Source: an uncultured delta proteobacterium
GTDB taxonomy: Bacteria > Myxococcota > Myxococcia > Myxococcales > Anaeromyxobacteraceae
Reading direction: 5' to 3'
DNA: 64,000 bases
NCBI GenBank assembly: GCA_963828255.1
Contig: CAWHDZ010000015.1
Coordinates: 128,001 to 192,000, forward strand
Every line of letters begins with the position of its first letter. Positions within the stretch are counted from its first letter, which is position 1. This document shows positions 1-10,680 of this stretch, one piece after another. The translations under genes and the position numbers were made by a program. Below the pieces are notes generated by a model, which saw only the letters and a list, made by a program, of their open reading frames with translations, did no database searches and had not been told where the DNA came from.

Positions 1-1153
1 CGATGCGGATGCGGGGCAGCGTCCAGCGGATCCAGATGACCACGTTGACGAGGAAGAGGGTCTTCAGCGCGAAGACGCCCAGCGAGACGAACTGCAGGGC
101 CCACCAGCCCCAGGCCGGGAAGGAGCCGGAGCCGCGCACCGCCGCCCAGGTCTGGGTGCCCACGCCGGGGATCTGCCAGCCGCCCAGGAAGAGGGTGGTG
201 GCCACCGCGCCGATGATCCAGAGGTTGGCCCACTCGACCAGGAAGTACAGGGCGAAGCGGAAGCCCGAGTACTCGGAGAAGTAGCCGGCCACCAGCTCCG
301 ACTCGGCCTCGGCCAGGTCGAACGGGGTGCGGTTGCCCTCGGCGAGCTGCGAGATGAAGAGGATGAAGAAGGCCACCGCGGCGGCCGGGTTGCGGAAGAA
401 GAACCACTCCCAGGGCCAGCCGCCCTGGGCCTGGATGAGCCCCTGGGTGGAAAGGGTGCCGGCCATCAGGACCGGAACCATGATGGCCAGGCCGGCCGGG
501 ATCTCGTAGCTGATGATCTGCGCGGTGGCGCGGATGGCGCCGAAGAGCGACCACTTCGAGTTGGAGGCCCAGCCCGAGAGGATGACGCCGACCACGATGA
601 ACGAGGTGACCGCCAGGATGTAGAAGATGCCCACGTCGAGGTCGGCCACCACGATGGCCTGTCCGGCCGGGAGCGCCACCATCACGAGCGTCATGCCGGC
701 CACCACGAAGTACGGGGCGGCGCGGAAGACCATCGCGTCGGCCTCGCCGGGGACGAGGTCCTCCTTGAAGAGGAGCTTCACCGCGTCGGCGATCCACTGG
801 AGGAAGCCGCCGGCGCCCACGCGGTTCGGGCCGATGCGGCTCTGCATGCGCGCCGCCACCCGCCGCTCGTACCAGGAGAAGATGCCGCCGGTGATGGCGG
901 CGAAGGTGAACATGACGATGCCGGCCACGAAGAAGGCCAGCCCGTAGGTCCACTGGGTGCCGGCCCAGCTGGCCGGGTCGTGGCCGAGCTTCTCGCGGAT
1001 GAACGCGTCGAAGAGCGGCTTGTGCATCATCGGGATGACGAAGACGAGCAGACCCGCCAGCAGCGCCGGGATGCCGATCACCGCGCCGAGCGACGCGCCG
1101 ACGAGGAGCTTCTTCGTGCCTGGCTTCGGGAAGGCGAAGGAGAACTGGGCCAT
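1..1153 (-). CDS. nuoH: NADH-quinone oxidoreductase subunit H (3' part runs off the window edge)
   Basis: Manual translation from ATG at 1153: ...WYERRVAARMQSRIGPNRVG..., ...GNRTPFDLAEAESELVAGYFSEYSGFRF; follows nuoD. Not in the ORF track because it has no stop in the window. Confidence 0.93.
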   Translation of the reverse strand, partial: MAQFSFAFPKPGTKKLLVGASLGAVIGIPALLAGLLVFVIPMMHKPLFDAFIREKLGHDPASWAGTQWTYGLAFFVAGIVMFTFAAITGGIFSWYERRVAARMQSRIGPNRVGAGGFLQWIADAVKLLFKEDLVPGEADAMVFRAAPYFVVAGMTLVMVALPAGQAIVVADLDVGIFYILAVTSFIVVGVILSGWASNSKWSLFGAIRATAQIISYEIPAGLAIMVPVLMAGTLSTQGLIQAQGGWPWEWFFFRNPAAAVAFFILFISQLAEGNRTPFDLAEAESELVAGYFSEYSGFRFALYFLVEWANLWIIGAVATTLFLGGWQIPGVGTQTWAAVRGSGSFPAWGWWALQFVSLGVFALKTLFLVNVVIWIRWTLPRIRI

Positions 1154-1155
1154 GT

Positions 1156-2295
1156 CTAGCGATCCGTCTCGGGAGCCACGACGTCGAGGGAAGCGATGAG
1201 GGCCACGAGGTCCGCGACCATGAGGCCGGGTGAGATGTCCTCGATGATGCCCATCGCCATGTAGGAACCGGTTCGGGCGCGGAGGCGGTAGGCGCGCTCG
1301 CCGCCGTCGGAGACCAGGTAGTAGGCCATCTCCCCGCGGGCCGACTCGACGCGGCTCTGCACCTCGCCGGCCTCCGGCTTGGGCTTGCGGGGCACCTTGG
1401 CGGTGATCTCCCCCTCGGGCATCTGCTCGAGCGCCTGGCGGACGATGCGCGACGACTGGGCCATCTCGATGACCCGCACGAAGTAGCGGTCGTAGCAGTC
1501 GCCCACCACGCCGGCCCAGCCGCGCCCCACCGGGACGTCGAACTTGAAGTCGGCGTAGGCGCCGTACGGGACGTCGCGGCGCAGGTCCCAGTCCACGCCG
1601 CTGCCGCGCAGGTTGGGCCCGGAGAGGCCGTAGTCGATGGCCTGCGCGCGGGAGATGACCGCCACCCCGCCCAGGCGCTTCTTGTAGATCTCGTTGAAGG
1701 AGATGAGCCGGTCCCACTCCTGGACCGAGCTGTCGAAGCGGTCGAGGTAGGCGAGGACCTTCTCCTTCCAGCCGGTCGGCATGTCGAAGGCCACGCCGCC
1801 GATGCGGTGGTAGTTGTAGGTGAGCCGGGCCCCGCAGAGGGCCTCGAGCAGGTCGTTGATGATCTCCCGCTCGCGGAGCGCGTAGACCAGCGGGGTGACC
1901 GCGCCGATGTCGGTGGCCATGGTGCCCACCGAGACCAGGTGGCTGGCGATGCGGTTCAGCTCGCAGGAGATGGCGCGCAGGTACTGGGCCCGCTTCGGCA
2001 CCTCGATCTTGAGCAGCCTCTCCACCGCGATCGCGTACCCCTCGTTGGCGAACATCGCTGCGAGGTAGTCGATGCGGTCGGTGTAGGGCATGTACCCGGG
2101 ATAGCCGACCATCTCGCCGATCTTCTCGAGCGAGCGATGCAGGTAGCCGATGTCCGGGATGGCCTTCCGCATCACCTCCCCGTCGGTCTCGACGAGGAAG
2201 TTGAGCACGCCGTGGGTGGACGGGTGCTGCGGCCCGAAGTTGATGAGCATCTCCTCGTTGTTTCGATCGACGCGGCGCAGGACGAGCTTCGACAT
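1156..2295 (-). CDS. nuoD: NADH-quinone oxidoreductase subunit D
   Basis: MSKLVL...[13 protein letters not shown]...GYLHRSLEK...RVESARGE...; start trimmed from the longer ORF to the ATG at 2295. Confidence 0.95.
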   Translation of the reverse strand: MSKLVLRRVDRNNEEMLINFGPQHPSTHGVLNFLVETDGEVMRKAIPDIGYLHRSLEKIGEMVGYPGYMPYTDRIDYLAAMFANEGYAIAVERLLKIEVPKRAQYLRAISCELNRIASHLVSVGTMATDIGAVTPLVYALREREIINDLLEALCGARLTYNYHRIGGVAFDMPTGWKEKVLAYLDRFDSSVQEWDRLISFNEIYKKRLGGVAVISRAQAIDYGLSGPNLRGSGVDWDLRRDVPYGAYADFKFDVPVGRGWAGVVGDCYDRYFVRVIEMAQSSRIVRQALEQMPEGEITAKVPRKPKPEAGEVQSRVESARGEMAYYLVSDGGERAYRLRARTGSYMAMGIIEDISPGLMVADLVALIASLDVVAPETDR

Positions 2296-2306
2296 GTCGT
2301 TGTCCT

Positions 2307-2960
2307 CTAGGCCTTCGGCGCGGCGGGCGGGGCCGCGGGCGCGGGCGGGGTGGGAGGCGTCCCGGCGGCGGGCGCGGGCGCCGGGGGCGGCGCGGGCGGG
2401 GGAGGGGGAGGCGGCGGGTTGGCCTTGAGGTGCTCGGCGATGCGCACCAGGTCGATGCGGCGAAGCTCGACGAGCGGGTTCTCGCGCAGGTTGGGGATGC
2501 CGTGGAAGCCGCCGGCCTCCTGGTAGTCCTTGAGAAGCGGGTGTCCGACCCAGTCGTCGGGGAGCATGACGCGCCGCAGGTCCGGGTGGCCGGTGAAGGT
2601 CACGCCGAAGAGGTCGTAGACCTCCCGCTCCAGCCAGTTGGCCGCCTTCCAGACCCCCTCGACGGTGTGGACCACCGGGTTGGCCCGGTCGAGCTCGACC
2701 TTGAGGACAATCCCATGCCGGTGGGGGAAGGACTGGAGGTGGTAGACCACCTCGATGACGTTCCGCTTCGGCCAGTCGACCGCGGTCAGGTCCTGGAGGA
2801 AGTCGATCTCGACGCCCGGGGCCTGCTTCAGCCATGCGCAGACCTCCACGATGCGGTCGCCCTTCACGACGGCGAAGGCGTCCATCTTGGGCTCGGAGAG
2901 CGGGCCGACCGCCTCGCCGAAGGCTTCCTGGAGCTTCTGGTGGATCTCGATGGTGGTCAT
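2307..2960 (-). CDS. nuoC: NADH-quinone oxidoreductase subunit C with Pro/Ala-rich C-tail
   Basis: [40 protein letters not shown]. Confidence 0.95.
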   Translation of the reverse strand: MTTIEIHQKLQEAFGEAVGPLSEPKMDAFAVVKGDRIVEVCAWLKQAPGVEIDFLQDLTAVDWPKRNVIEVVYHLQSFPHRHGIVLKVELDRANPVVHTVEGVWKAANWLEREVYDLFGVTFTGHPDLRRVMLPDDWVGHPLLKDYQEAGGFHGIPNLRENPLVELRRIDLVRIAEHLKANPPPPPPPPAPPPAPAPAAGTPPTPPAPAAPPAAPKA

Positions 2961-2979
2961 TGGCCGTGTCCCTGGAATC

Positions 2980-3516
2980 TCAGGCCTGGCCGCCGGCGGA
3001 GAGCGGCGCGGGCGGGCGGCGCTTGTCCTTCCAGCGCTCCCGCATGATCAGGTCCTGGAGGCGGAGCAGCCCCTCGGTGAGGGCCTCCGGGCGGGGCGGG
3101 CAGCCCGGAACGTAGACGTCCACCGGGACCACCTTGTCCACTCCCTTGCACACCGAGTAGGCGAGCTGGAAGAGGCCGCCGCAGTTGGCGCAGGAGCCCA
3201 TGGAGATCACGTACTTGGGTTCCGCCATCTGGTCGTAGAGGAGCTTCAGCCGCTCGGCCATCTTGTAGGTGAGCGTGCCCGCCACGATCATGAAGTCGGC
3301 CTGGCGGGGGGTGGCGCGGAAGACCGCCCCGAACCGGTCGGCGTCGGCGCGCGGGCCGCCGAACTGCATCAGCTCGATCCCGCAGCAGGCCAGGCCGAAG
3401 AGCAGGTAGTGGAGCGAGTTGGCCCGCGCCATGTTGATGATCTTGTCGAGCTGGCTGGTGTGGGCGAAGACGACGTCGCCGCCCATCTCCGCGTCCATGG
3501 TGTCTCGGTTGGCCAT
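2980..3516 (-). CDS. nuoB: NADH-quinone oxidoreductase subunit B
   Basis: [30 protein letters not shown] (N2 cluster ligands). Confidence 0.95.
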   Translation of the reverse strand: MANRDTMDAEMGGDVVFAHTSQLDKIINMARANSLHYLLFGLACCGIELMQFGGPRADADRFGAVFRATPRQADFMIVAGTLTYKMAERLKLLYDQMAEPKYVISMGSCANCGGLFQLAYSVCKGVDKVVPVDVYVPGCPPRPEALTEGLLRLQDLIMRERWKDKRRPPAPLSAGGQA

Positions 3517-3535
3517 GTGGATTCCTCCGGAACGG

Positions 3536-3979
3536 TCAGGCAGCCCTGGACGCCGGGCGCTCGTCGTCGGCGTCGGGGGCGTCGTCGACGACCGCCAGTT
3601 TCTTGACCCACTCCAGGTCGCCGTGCGCCCAGACCCACACCAGGCCCACCATGAGGATGGCGATGAAGAGGAAGAGCTCGGCGAAGGCCACCCAGGCGTA
3701 CTGGGGGCCGGCGGCCACCCAGTCCTTGTAGACGACCGCCACCGGGAAGGTCAGCGCCAGGTCCACCTCGAAGATCACGAAGACCAGGGCGACCAGGTAG
3801 AAGCGGGGGTTGAAGTTGAACCAGGCGCGGCCGATGGGCTTCTCGCCGCACTCGTAGATGAGCGACTTGTCCGCGGACGGGAAGGACGGACGGATCGCCT
3901 TGAAGCCGGCCAGCAACCCGAAGGGGAGCAGCACGGCGACGGCGGCGAATGCGAGCACTGCGGCGAACTGATAGCCCAT
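3536..3979 (-). CDS. nuoA: NADH-quinone oxidoreductase subunit A
   Basis: [26 protein letters not shown]; three TM segments; ATG at 3979. Confidence 0.92.
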   Translation of the reverse strand: MGYQFAAVLAFAAVAVLLPFGLLAGFKAIRPSFPSADKSLIYECGEKPIGRAWFNFNPRFYLVALVFVIFEVDLALTFPVAVVYKDWVAAGPQYAWVAFAELFLFIAILMVGLVWVWAHGDLEWVKKLAVVDDAPDADDERPASRAA

Positions 3980-4029
3980 GGAAAAGACCCCGGGTGCAGA
4001 GGAGGTGGAGGGCTCCAAAGAGGGCGCGG

Positions 4030-4057
4030 AGTCTACAGTCCCGCGCCAGGGAGTCAA
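4030..4057 (-). promoter_or_regulatory. Putative sigma70 promoter for the leftward nuo operon (TTGACT-16-TAGACT)
   Basis: Reverse complement of 4052-4057 = TTGACT and of 4030-4035 = TAGACT. Confidence 0.4.
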
Positions 4058-4151
4058 GCGTCGAATCCGTGGGCGGAAGCGGTGATTCCGCTTGACGAAA
4101 CATGCGCATACAGGCAGTTAGGAGCACCTTGACCCCTGACCCGGTCGCCCC

Positions 4152-4523
4152 ATGAATACAGCCCTGCAGAGCTACTTCCCGCTCGCGGTCGTCATCGTAC
4201 TCGCAGTGATTCTGGGGCTCACGCTCCTGGGTCTCGCGAACCTCCTCGGACCGCGCGCGCCCAACGAGGCCAAGTCGAGCCCGTTCGAGTTCGGCTCGAG
4301 GCCGTCGGGCCTGGGGCGCGACCGGTTCGACGTGAAGTTCTACCTGCTTGCGCTCCTCTTCGTGGTCTTCGACGTCGAGGCGATCTTCATGTACCCCTGG
4401 GCGGTCTCGCTCGTCGACCTGGGCTGGCCCTCCTTCATGATCATGGCGGCCTTCGGGGCAACCCTGGTGGTGGGCCTGATCTACGTCTGGAAGAAGGGCG
4501 CCCTCGACTGGAGCCGGGAATGA
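4152..4523 (+). CDS. nuoA: NADH-quinone oxidoreductase subunit A (second set)
   Basis: PFEFG, FYLLALLFVVFDVEAIFMYPWA, KGALDW. Confidence 0.95.
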   Translation: MNTALQSYFPLAVVIVLAVILGLTLLGLANLLGPRAPNEAKSSPFEFGSRPSGLGRDRFDVKFYLLALLFVVFDVEAIFMYPWAVSLVDLGWPSFMIMAAFGATLVVGLIYVWKKGALDWSRE

Positions 4524-5071
4524 CCATGTCCTCCAACTCGGATCTCGACCTCGTCCCCGCCATCGCCACCCGGCGTGAAGACGCACTCTCCGGCCTGGGC
4601 AAGATGGTCTCCCAGGGGCTGGGGTGGGCGCGGAAGTACAGCCTCTTCCAGTACCCGTTCGTCACCGCCTGCTGCGGCATGGAGTTCATGGCCGTGGCGG
4701 CGGCCCGCTACGACCTCGACCGCTTCGGCGCGGCGCTGCCCCGCTTCTCGCCCCGCCAGGCCGACCTGCTCATGGTGGTGGGCACCATCAACGTGAAGCA
4801 GGCCCCCATTCTGAAGAGGGTCTACGACTCCATGGCCGACCCGAAGTGGGTGGTGGCCTTCGGGGTCTGCGCCTCGTCGGGCGGCTTCTACGACAACTAC
4901 GCCACCATGCAGGGCATCGACCGCATCATCCCGGTGGACGTCTACATCCCCGGATGCCCGCCCCGGCCGGAGCAGGTCCTCGACGGGATCATGATGCTGC
5001 AGCAGAGGATCCAGGACCAGCGCCACCAGCTCACCGAAGGCAAGAAGCCTTCGCTCCCGGCGGAGGGGTAG
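4520..5071 (+). CDS. nuoB: NADH-quinone oxidoreductase subunit B (second set)
   Basis: [31 protein letters not shown]. Confidence 0.95.
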   Translation: MTMSSNSDLDLVPAIATRREDALSGLGKMVSQGLGWARKYSLFQYPFVTACCGMEFMAVAAARYDLDRFGAALPRFSPRQADLLMVVGTINVKQAPILKRVYDSMADPKWVVAFGVCASSGGFYDNYATMQGIDRIIPVDVYIPGCPPRPEQVLDGIMMLQQRIQDQRHQLTEGKKPSLPAEG

Positions 5072-5074
5072 ACC

Positions 5075-5596
5075 GTGTCCCAGGCACCACTCCAGAAGCT
5101 GAAGGAGCGCTTCCCCGGCGCCGTGACCGAGACGTACGCGGGCAGGGGCGGGGACGCCGTGGCGCTCGTGAAGAAGGAGTCCGTGGCGGAGGTCTGCCGG
5201 TTCCTCAAGGACGATCCGGACCTGGCCTTCGACATGGCGCCCTACATCACCGCCGTCGACTACATGGGCTCCGAGCCGCGCTTCGACCTCGTCTACCAGA
5301 TGTACTCCACGAAGAGGAACCACCGCATCCGGCTGCGGGTGGGCGTCCCCGAGGGCGACCCGGTGGTGGCCAGCGTGACGTCCATCTGGAAGGGCGCCGA
5401 CTGGTACGAGCGCTACTGCTGGGACATGTACGGCATCCGCTTCGAGGGCCACCCCGACCCCCGCCGCCTCTACATGTACGAGGAGTTCGTCGGCCACCCG
5501 CTGCGCAAGGACTACTCGCTGCGCGGGCGCCAGCCGCTCATGGCCGAGCGCGTCATCGACGAGCCCTTCCGCGGCCCCGGCCCCACCGGCGGATAG
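5075..5596 (+). CDS. nuoC: NADH-quinone oxidoreductase subunit C (second set)
   Basis: ADWYERYCWDMYGIRFEGHPDPRR...GHPLRKDY. Confidence 0.95.
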   Translation: MSQAPLQKLKERFPGAVTETYAGRGGDAVALVKKESVAEVCRFLKDDPDLAFDMAPYITAVDYMGSEPRFDLVYQMYSTKRNHRIRLRVGVPEGDPVVASVTSIWKGADWYERYCWDMYGIRFEGHPDPRRLYMYEEFVGHPLRKDYSLRGRQPLMAERVIDEPFRGPGPTGG

Positions 5597-5608
5597 GACA
5601 GGACCACC

Positions 5609-6847
5609 ATGGCCAAGGACACCGACAACCTCCTCGTCGTCCCCGCCGCCCCGGCGGAGAGCCCGCTCGACGCGCCGTTCCCGTCGAAGCGCATGATCGT
5701 CAACCTGGGCCCCAGCCACCCGGCCATGCACGGCACGGTGCGCGCGGTGGTCGAGCTCGACGGCGAGACCGTCCACGGGATGAAGCTGGACATCGGCTTC
5801 CTCCACCGCGGCTTCGAGAAGTCCTGCGAGAACGTCACCTGGACGCAGGTCTTCCCGTACACCGACCGGCTCAACTACGTGTCGTCGATCATGAACAACG
5901 TCGGCTACGCCATGGCCGTCGAGAAGCTCTGCGACCTCGAGGTGCCGGAGCGGGCCCAGTACCTGCGCGTCATCACCTCCGAGCTTCACCGGATGTGCGA
6001 CCACCTCACGCTGGTCTCCGCCATGGGCCTCGAGCTGGGCGCCATGACGGTGCTCATCTACGGCATGGAGGCCCGCGACCTCATCTGGGACCGGCTCACC
6101 GAGATCTGCGGCGCCCGCCTCACCTCCAACTACGCGCGGGTGGGCGGCGTCTCCCGCGACATCCCCGAGGGCTGGGGCGAGAAGGTGGAGCGCACGCTGG
6201 ACCGCTCCGCCGAGATGGTCGACGAGATCGACCGGCTGCTCACCCGCAACCGCATCGTCATCGATCGCACCCGCGGAACCGGGGTCATCTCCCGGGCCGA
6301 CGCCATCGCCTACGGGTTCACCGGCCCGTGCCTGCGCGCCTCCGGCGAGCCCTACGACGTGCGCAAGGCCACGCCCTACCTGGTCTACGACCGGCTCGAC
6401 TTCGAGGTCCCGGTGGGCACGAACGGCGACAACTTCGACCGCTACCTGATGCGCATGGAGGAACTGAAGCAGTCGGAGCGGCTGGTGCGCCAGTGCCTGG
6501 CCCAGATGCAGCCCGGGGCCATCGCCTCCGACGACCCGCGCTTCGTCCTGCCCCCCAAGCCCGAGGTGTACGGCTCCATCGAGGGGGCCATGGCCCATTT
6601 CAAGATCATCATGGAGGGGATCAAGGTCCCGCCCGGCGAGGCCTACGCCTGCGTGGAGGCCGCCAACGGGGAACTGGGGTTCTACGCCGTCTCCGACGGA
6701 AGCGGCCGCCCCTACAAGCTGGGGGTGCGCGCCCCGGGCTGGAACATGCTCATGGCGCTCCCGCAGATCATGGAGGGGCAGATGCTGGCCGACCTCATCC
6801 CCACCTTCGACACCGTCAACATGATCGGCGGCGAGGTCGAGCAGTAA
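5609..6847 (+). CDS. nuoD: NADH-quinone oxidoreductase subunit D (second set)
   Basis: NLGPSHPAMHGTVR, GFLHRGFEK, EAANGELG, GGEVEQ. Confidence 0.95.
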   Translation: MAKDTDNLLVVPAAPAESPLDAPFPSKRMIVNLGPSHPAMHGTVRAVVELDGETVHGMKLDIGFLHRGFEKSCENVTWTQVFPYTDRLNYVSSIMNNVGYAMAVEKLCDLEVPERAQYLRVITSELHRMCDHLTLVSAMGLELGAMTVLIYGMEARDLIWDRLTEICGARLTSNYARVGGVSRDIPEGWGEKVERTLDRSAEMVDEIDRLLTRNRIVIDRTRGTGVISRADAIAYGFTGPCLRASGEPYDVRKATPYLVYDRLDFEVPVGTNGDNFDRYLMRMEELKQSERLVRQCLAQMQPGAIASDDPRFVLPPKPEVYGSIEGAMAHFKIIMEGIKVPPGEAYACVEAANGELGFYAVSDGSGRPYKLGVRAPGWNMLMALPQIMEGQMLADLIPTFDTVNMIGGEVEQ

Positions 6848-6880
6848 CGCCTCCCCGACCCGCGACACCGGAGCCCCGAG

Positions 6881-8626
6881 ATGGCCGAAGAGACCAAGCC
6901 CGCCGCCGCCGCGCCCCCCAAGCCGGCGCCGCCCCCGGGGCCGCCGCCCCCCAAGAACCCCGGCATGGTGACGTTCACCATCGACGGGCGCGAGGCGGTG
7001 GTGAAGCCGGGGACCAACGTCATCGAGGCGGCCGCCTCGGTGGGCGTGTCCATCCCCTACTACTGCTGGCACAAGCGGCTCTCCATCGCCGCCAACTGCC
7101 GCATGTGCCTGGTGGAGATGTCCAACGCGCCCGGCGGCAAGCTCATGCCAGCCTGCCAGATGACCGCCGCCGAGGGCGTGGCCGTCAAGACCGATTCACC
7201 CAAGGTGAAGGACCAGCAGCGGGCCACCCTCGAGTTCCTGCTGGTGAACCACCCGGTGGACTGCCCCATCTGCGACCAGTCGGGCGAGTGCAAGCTGCAG
7301 GACTACTACTTCCAGTACGACACCACCGCCTCGCGTCTCGACGTCCCCAAGGTGACCCTGGGGAAGCGGGTCCGGCTGGGCAGCCTGGTGGTGCTCGATC
7401 AGGAACGCTGCATCCTCTGCACCCGCTGCGTCCGCTTCATGAGCGAGGTCCGCAAGAACCCGCAGCTCGGCGTGGACGCCCGCGGCAGCCACTCGGTCAT
7501 CACCACCGCGCCGGGCCAGCCGCTCGACGACCGCTACTCGGGCAACGTGGTGGACCTCTGTCCGGTGGGAGCGCTCACCTCCACCGACTTCCGCTTCCGC
7601 GGACGGGTCTGGTTCCTCTCCAGCGCCCGGTCGATCTGCTCCGGCTGCGCGCGCGGCTGCAACGTCTTCCTCGACTACATGCGGGACGGGACCTACCGCT
7701 ACCGCCCCCGGGAGAACGAGCAGGTCAACCAGGAGTGGATGTGCGACGAGGGGCGGCTCTCCTACAAGCCCATGAACGACGGGCGCGTTCTCGAGGCGCG
7801 GATCGGCAAGGAGCGGAACGGCCGGATCGCCGCGGTCACCGAGGCCGCCGCGGTGCTGAGGCGCCACGCCGGGCAGGGAACGCTCGCCTGGCTGGCCTCC
7901 CCCACGGCCTCGCTCGAGGATCTGCTGGCGGCGGCGCTCCTGGCCCGTGACGGGCTGAAGCTCTCCGAGGTCTACGTGGGTGGCCGCGGCGAGGGGTGGC
8001 AGGACGACTTCCTGCGCCGGGCCGACCAGAACCCCAACCGGGCCGGCCTCGCGCTGGTGGCCCGCGCCTTCGGGCTCGCGGTGAAGCCGGCCGCCGACCT
8101 GGGGGCCGCGGTGGCCTCGGGCAAGGTGAAGGCGGTCTGGGCGGTGGGGGCCGAGCTGGCCGCGCCGGAACTCGCCGCCACGCTGGCCCGCGCCGAGGCC
8201 CTGGTGGTGCAGGCCGTCAACGAGGGCGAGCTCGCCACGGCGGCCACCGTCCTGCTGCCGGCCTCGCCGGCGGCGGAGTCGGACGGGACCTTCGTGAACT
8301 TCGAGGGGCGGCCGCAGCGCTTCGAGCTGGCCTACTGGCCTCGCGGCGAGTCGCTGCCCCACTGGGCGCTGGCCTCCGAGCTGGGCCGGGCCCTGGGGCT
8401 GACCTCGCGCTGGACCAGCGCGCGGCAGGTCTTCGAGGACCTGGGACGTCGCGTGGCCGGGGACCTCCCCGGCTTCGAGTGGAACGCGCTGCCCTCGGTG
8501 GACCGGCGCAAGGGGCTCGTGCCGCTCGCCGCCGGGACGGTGGACGGGCGGCTGCCCGGGCACCGGGAGCGCATGCCCCTCGACGGGAGCGGAAACGTCG
8601 AGTGGAGCCGGCTGCCGAACCCCTGA
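6881..8626 (+). CDS. nuoG: NADH-quinone oxidoreductase subunit G (short form, 581 aa)
   Basis: YYCWH...ANCRMC...AC (2Fe-2S), [22 protein letters not shown]...[14 protein letters not shown]...WMCD. Confidence 0.9.
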   Translation: MAEETKPAAAAPPKPAPPPGPPPPKNPGMVTFTIDGREAVVKPGTNVIEAAASVGVSIPYYCWHKRLSIAANCRMCLVEMSNAPGGKLMPACQMTAAEGVAVKTDSPKVKDQQRATLEFLLVNHPVDCPICDQSGECKLQDYYFQYDTTASRLDVPKVTLGKRVRLGSLVVLDQERCILCTRCVRFMSEVRKNPQLGVDARGSHSVITTAPGQPLDDRYSGNVVDLCPVGALTSTDFRFRGRVWFLSSARSICSGCARGCNVFLDYMRDGTYRYRPRENEQVNQEWMCDEGRLSYKPMNDGRVLEARIGKERNGRIAAVTEAAAVLRRHAGQGTLAWLASPTASLEDLLAAALLARDGLKLSEVYVGGRGEGWQDDFLRRADQNPNRAGLALVARAFGLAVKPAADLGAAVASGKVKAVWAVGAELAAPELAATLARAEALVVQAVNEGELATAATVLLPASPAAESDGTFVNFEGRPQRFELAYWPRGESLPHWALASELGRALGLTSRWTSARQVFEDLGRRVAGDLPGFEWNALPSVDRRKGLVPLAAGTVDGRLPGHRERMPLDGSGNVEWSRLPNP

Positions 8627-8638
8627 CAGGAGACCGCC

Positions 8639-9970
8639 GTGAAGCGATTCGTTGGCATGTGGCTGGTCATCGGGGCGGTGCTGGTCGGGCTCGTCGGGCT
8701 CTTCTACGCCTTTTACGCACTGGCGGCCCTGGGAGCGAAGGGCGCGGTGGCGCTGGGCTTCCCGGGCTACTTCGGCAGCGCCATCGTGAATGCCGTCACG
8801 CTCATGGCGGTGACGCTCATGACGTTGGCGGCGCTCCTCACCGTGGCCGAGCGCAAGTGGTCGGCCGCCATGCAGGATCGCATCGGCGCCAACCGCATCC
8901 TGATCGCGGGCAAGTTCGCGCTGGGCGGCGTGCCGTACCTGCTCGCCGACGCGCTCAAGATGCTCACCAAGGAGGCCATCTACCCGGTGGCCAGGTCCAG
9001 ATTTCTCTTCGAGGCGGCCCCTGTGCTGGCCTTCGCCCCCACCTTCGCGCTCTTCGCCGTCGTCCCGGTGGGGCCCGAGGTCCGGGCCCTCGGGCAGACG
9101 GTGGGCATGTGGGTGGCCAATCCAGACGCCGGCCTGCTCTGGATCTTCGCGCTGGCCGGGATCTCGGTCTACGGCACCACGCTGGCCGGATGGGCCTCCA
9201 ACAGCCGGGTGGCCATGCTCGGCGCGGTCCGCGCCAGCGCCCAGATGGTCAGCTACGAGGTCTCGCTGGGGATGTCGCTCGTCGGCGTGATGATCGCCTA
9301 CAAGACCCTGAGCCTCCAGCAGATGGCCATCGCCCAGGGCGCAGCCGTCCTCGGGCCGGTCCCGGCGCTCGGGCTCCTGCTCCAGCCGCTCGGGTTCCTG
9401 GTCTTCTTCACCAGCTCCTTCGCCGAGACCAAGCGGGCTCCCTTCGACCTGCCGGAGGGGGAGAGCGAGATCGTCGGCTACTTCCTCGAGTACTCCGGGA
9501 TGAAGTTCGGCCTGCTCTTCCTGGCCGAGTTCGTGGAGGTGGTGATCCTGGCCGCCGTCACCACCGCGGTCTTCCTGGGAGGGTGGCACCCCATCTTCTT
9601 CGAGGGATGGATGAAGGCCAACCTCGACCCGATGCTCTTCGGGGCGATCTGCGCCACGGCCTTCCTGGGCAAGGTCATCCTCCTCACCTGGATCCAGCTC
9701 GTCATCCGCTGGCTCCTGCCCCGTTTCCGATACGACCAGATCCAGGGGCTGTGCTGGAAGCTGCTCCTCCCCGGCGCCATCCTGAACGTCTTCGTCACCG
9801 GCGCAGCGGTCCTCGTCGACCCCAGCCTCCAGGTCCTGGCCTGGATCGGGGTGGCCGAGATCATCGCCATCTTCGGGATCACGCTGGCGGTCTCGAAGCC
9901 GAAGGCGGCCCACGGCGGGCACGACCACGGCGACGCCCACGGACACGCCGCCCACGCCGCCGGACACTGA
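8639..9970 (+). CDS. nuoH: NADH-quinone oxidoreductase subunit H (second set) with His-rich C-tail
   Basis: [45 protein letters not shown]. Confidence 0.95.
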   Translation: MKRFVGMWLVIGAVLVGLVGLFYAFYALAALGAKGAVALGFPGYFGSAIVNAVTLMAVTLMTLAALLTVAERKWSAAMQDRIGANRILIAGKFALGGVPYLLADALKMLTKEAIYPVARSRFLFEAAPVLAFAPTFALFAVVPVGPEVRALGQTVGMWVANPDAGLLWIFALAGISVYGTTLAGWASNSRVAMLGAVRASAQMVSYEVSLGMSLVGVMIAYKTLSLQQMAIAQGAAVLGPVPALGLLLQPLGFLVFFTSSFAETKRAPFDLPEGESEIVGYFLEYSGMKFGLLFLAEFVEVVILAAVTTAVFLGGWHPIFFEGWMKANLDPMLFGAICATAFLGKVILLTWIQLVIRWLLPRFRYDQIQGLCWKLLLPGAILNVFVTGAAVLVDPSLQVLAWIGVAEIIAIFGITLAVSKPKAAHGGHDHGDAHGHAAHAAGH

Positions 9971-9974
9971 CGCC

Positions 9975-10679
9975 ATGCCCTACCAGATCGACAACCGCCC
10001 GGCCGACGCCCGCGAGAGCATGTACTTCCCGGAGATCTTCCGGGCCATCGGACTCGTGGTCACCACCTTCTGGCGGAACGCCTTCTTCTCGCGGGACCCG
10101 AACACCGACATCCTCGAGCGCGACCGCACGCGGAACCGCGTCACCACGCTCCAGTACCCCGAGGAGAAGCAGCCGTACCCGGTCGGCTACCGCGGGCTGC
10201 ACCGGCTGGTCCCGCGCCCCGACGGAAGTCCGCGCTGCGTGGCCTGCTACATGTGCGCCACCGCCTGCCCGGCGCAGTGCATCTACATCGAGGCCGCCGA
10301 GGTCGAGGGCGACCCCATCGAGAAGTATCCGAAGCAGTTCGTCATCGACGAGCTGCGCTGCGTGGTGTGCGGGTTCTGCGTGGAGGCGTGCCCCAAGGAC
10401 GCCATCCGCATGGACACCGGCGAGCACCCGCCGCCGACCTACGAACGCGAGGGGCAGATCTACGACGTGAAGCGGTTGCTGCGCGGGCCGCCCGTCTCGT
10501 ACGAGAAGGACCCCTGGCTGGTGAGGCCGTCCAGGCTCACCGACGCCGCGCAGAAGGCCAACCGGGCCGCGGCCAGGCCGTACGGGACCGAGGGCGCCGA
10601 CGAGTACACCCAGACTCCGGGGTTCTCGGTGCGCGAGCTCACCGCCGAGGCCAGGGCCAGGGGCGAGGGCGGGAAGTAG
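9975..10679 (+). CDS. nuoI: NADH-quinone oxidoreductase subunit I
   Basis: [32 protein letters not shown]. Confidence 0.95.
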   Translation: MPYQIDNRPADARESMYFPEIFRAIGLVVTTFWRNAFFSRDPNTDILERDRTRNRVTTLQYPEEKQPYPVGYRGLHRLVPRPDGSPRCVACYMCATACPAQCIYIEAAEVEGDPIEKYPKQFVIDELRCVVCGFCVEACPKDAIRMDTGEHPPPTYEREGQIYDVKRLLRGPPVSYEKDPWLVRPSRLTDAAQKANRAAARPYGTEGADEYTQTPGFSVRELTAEARARGEGGK

Positions 10680-10680
10680 G

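Noticed and set aside
1156..6847. NuoD copies as group 4 [NiFe]-hydrogenase large subunits
   Set aside because: No CxxC Ni-binding motifs at either terminus.
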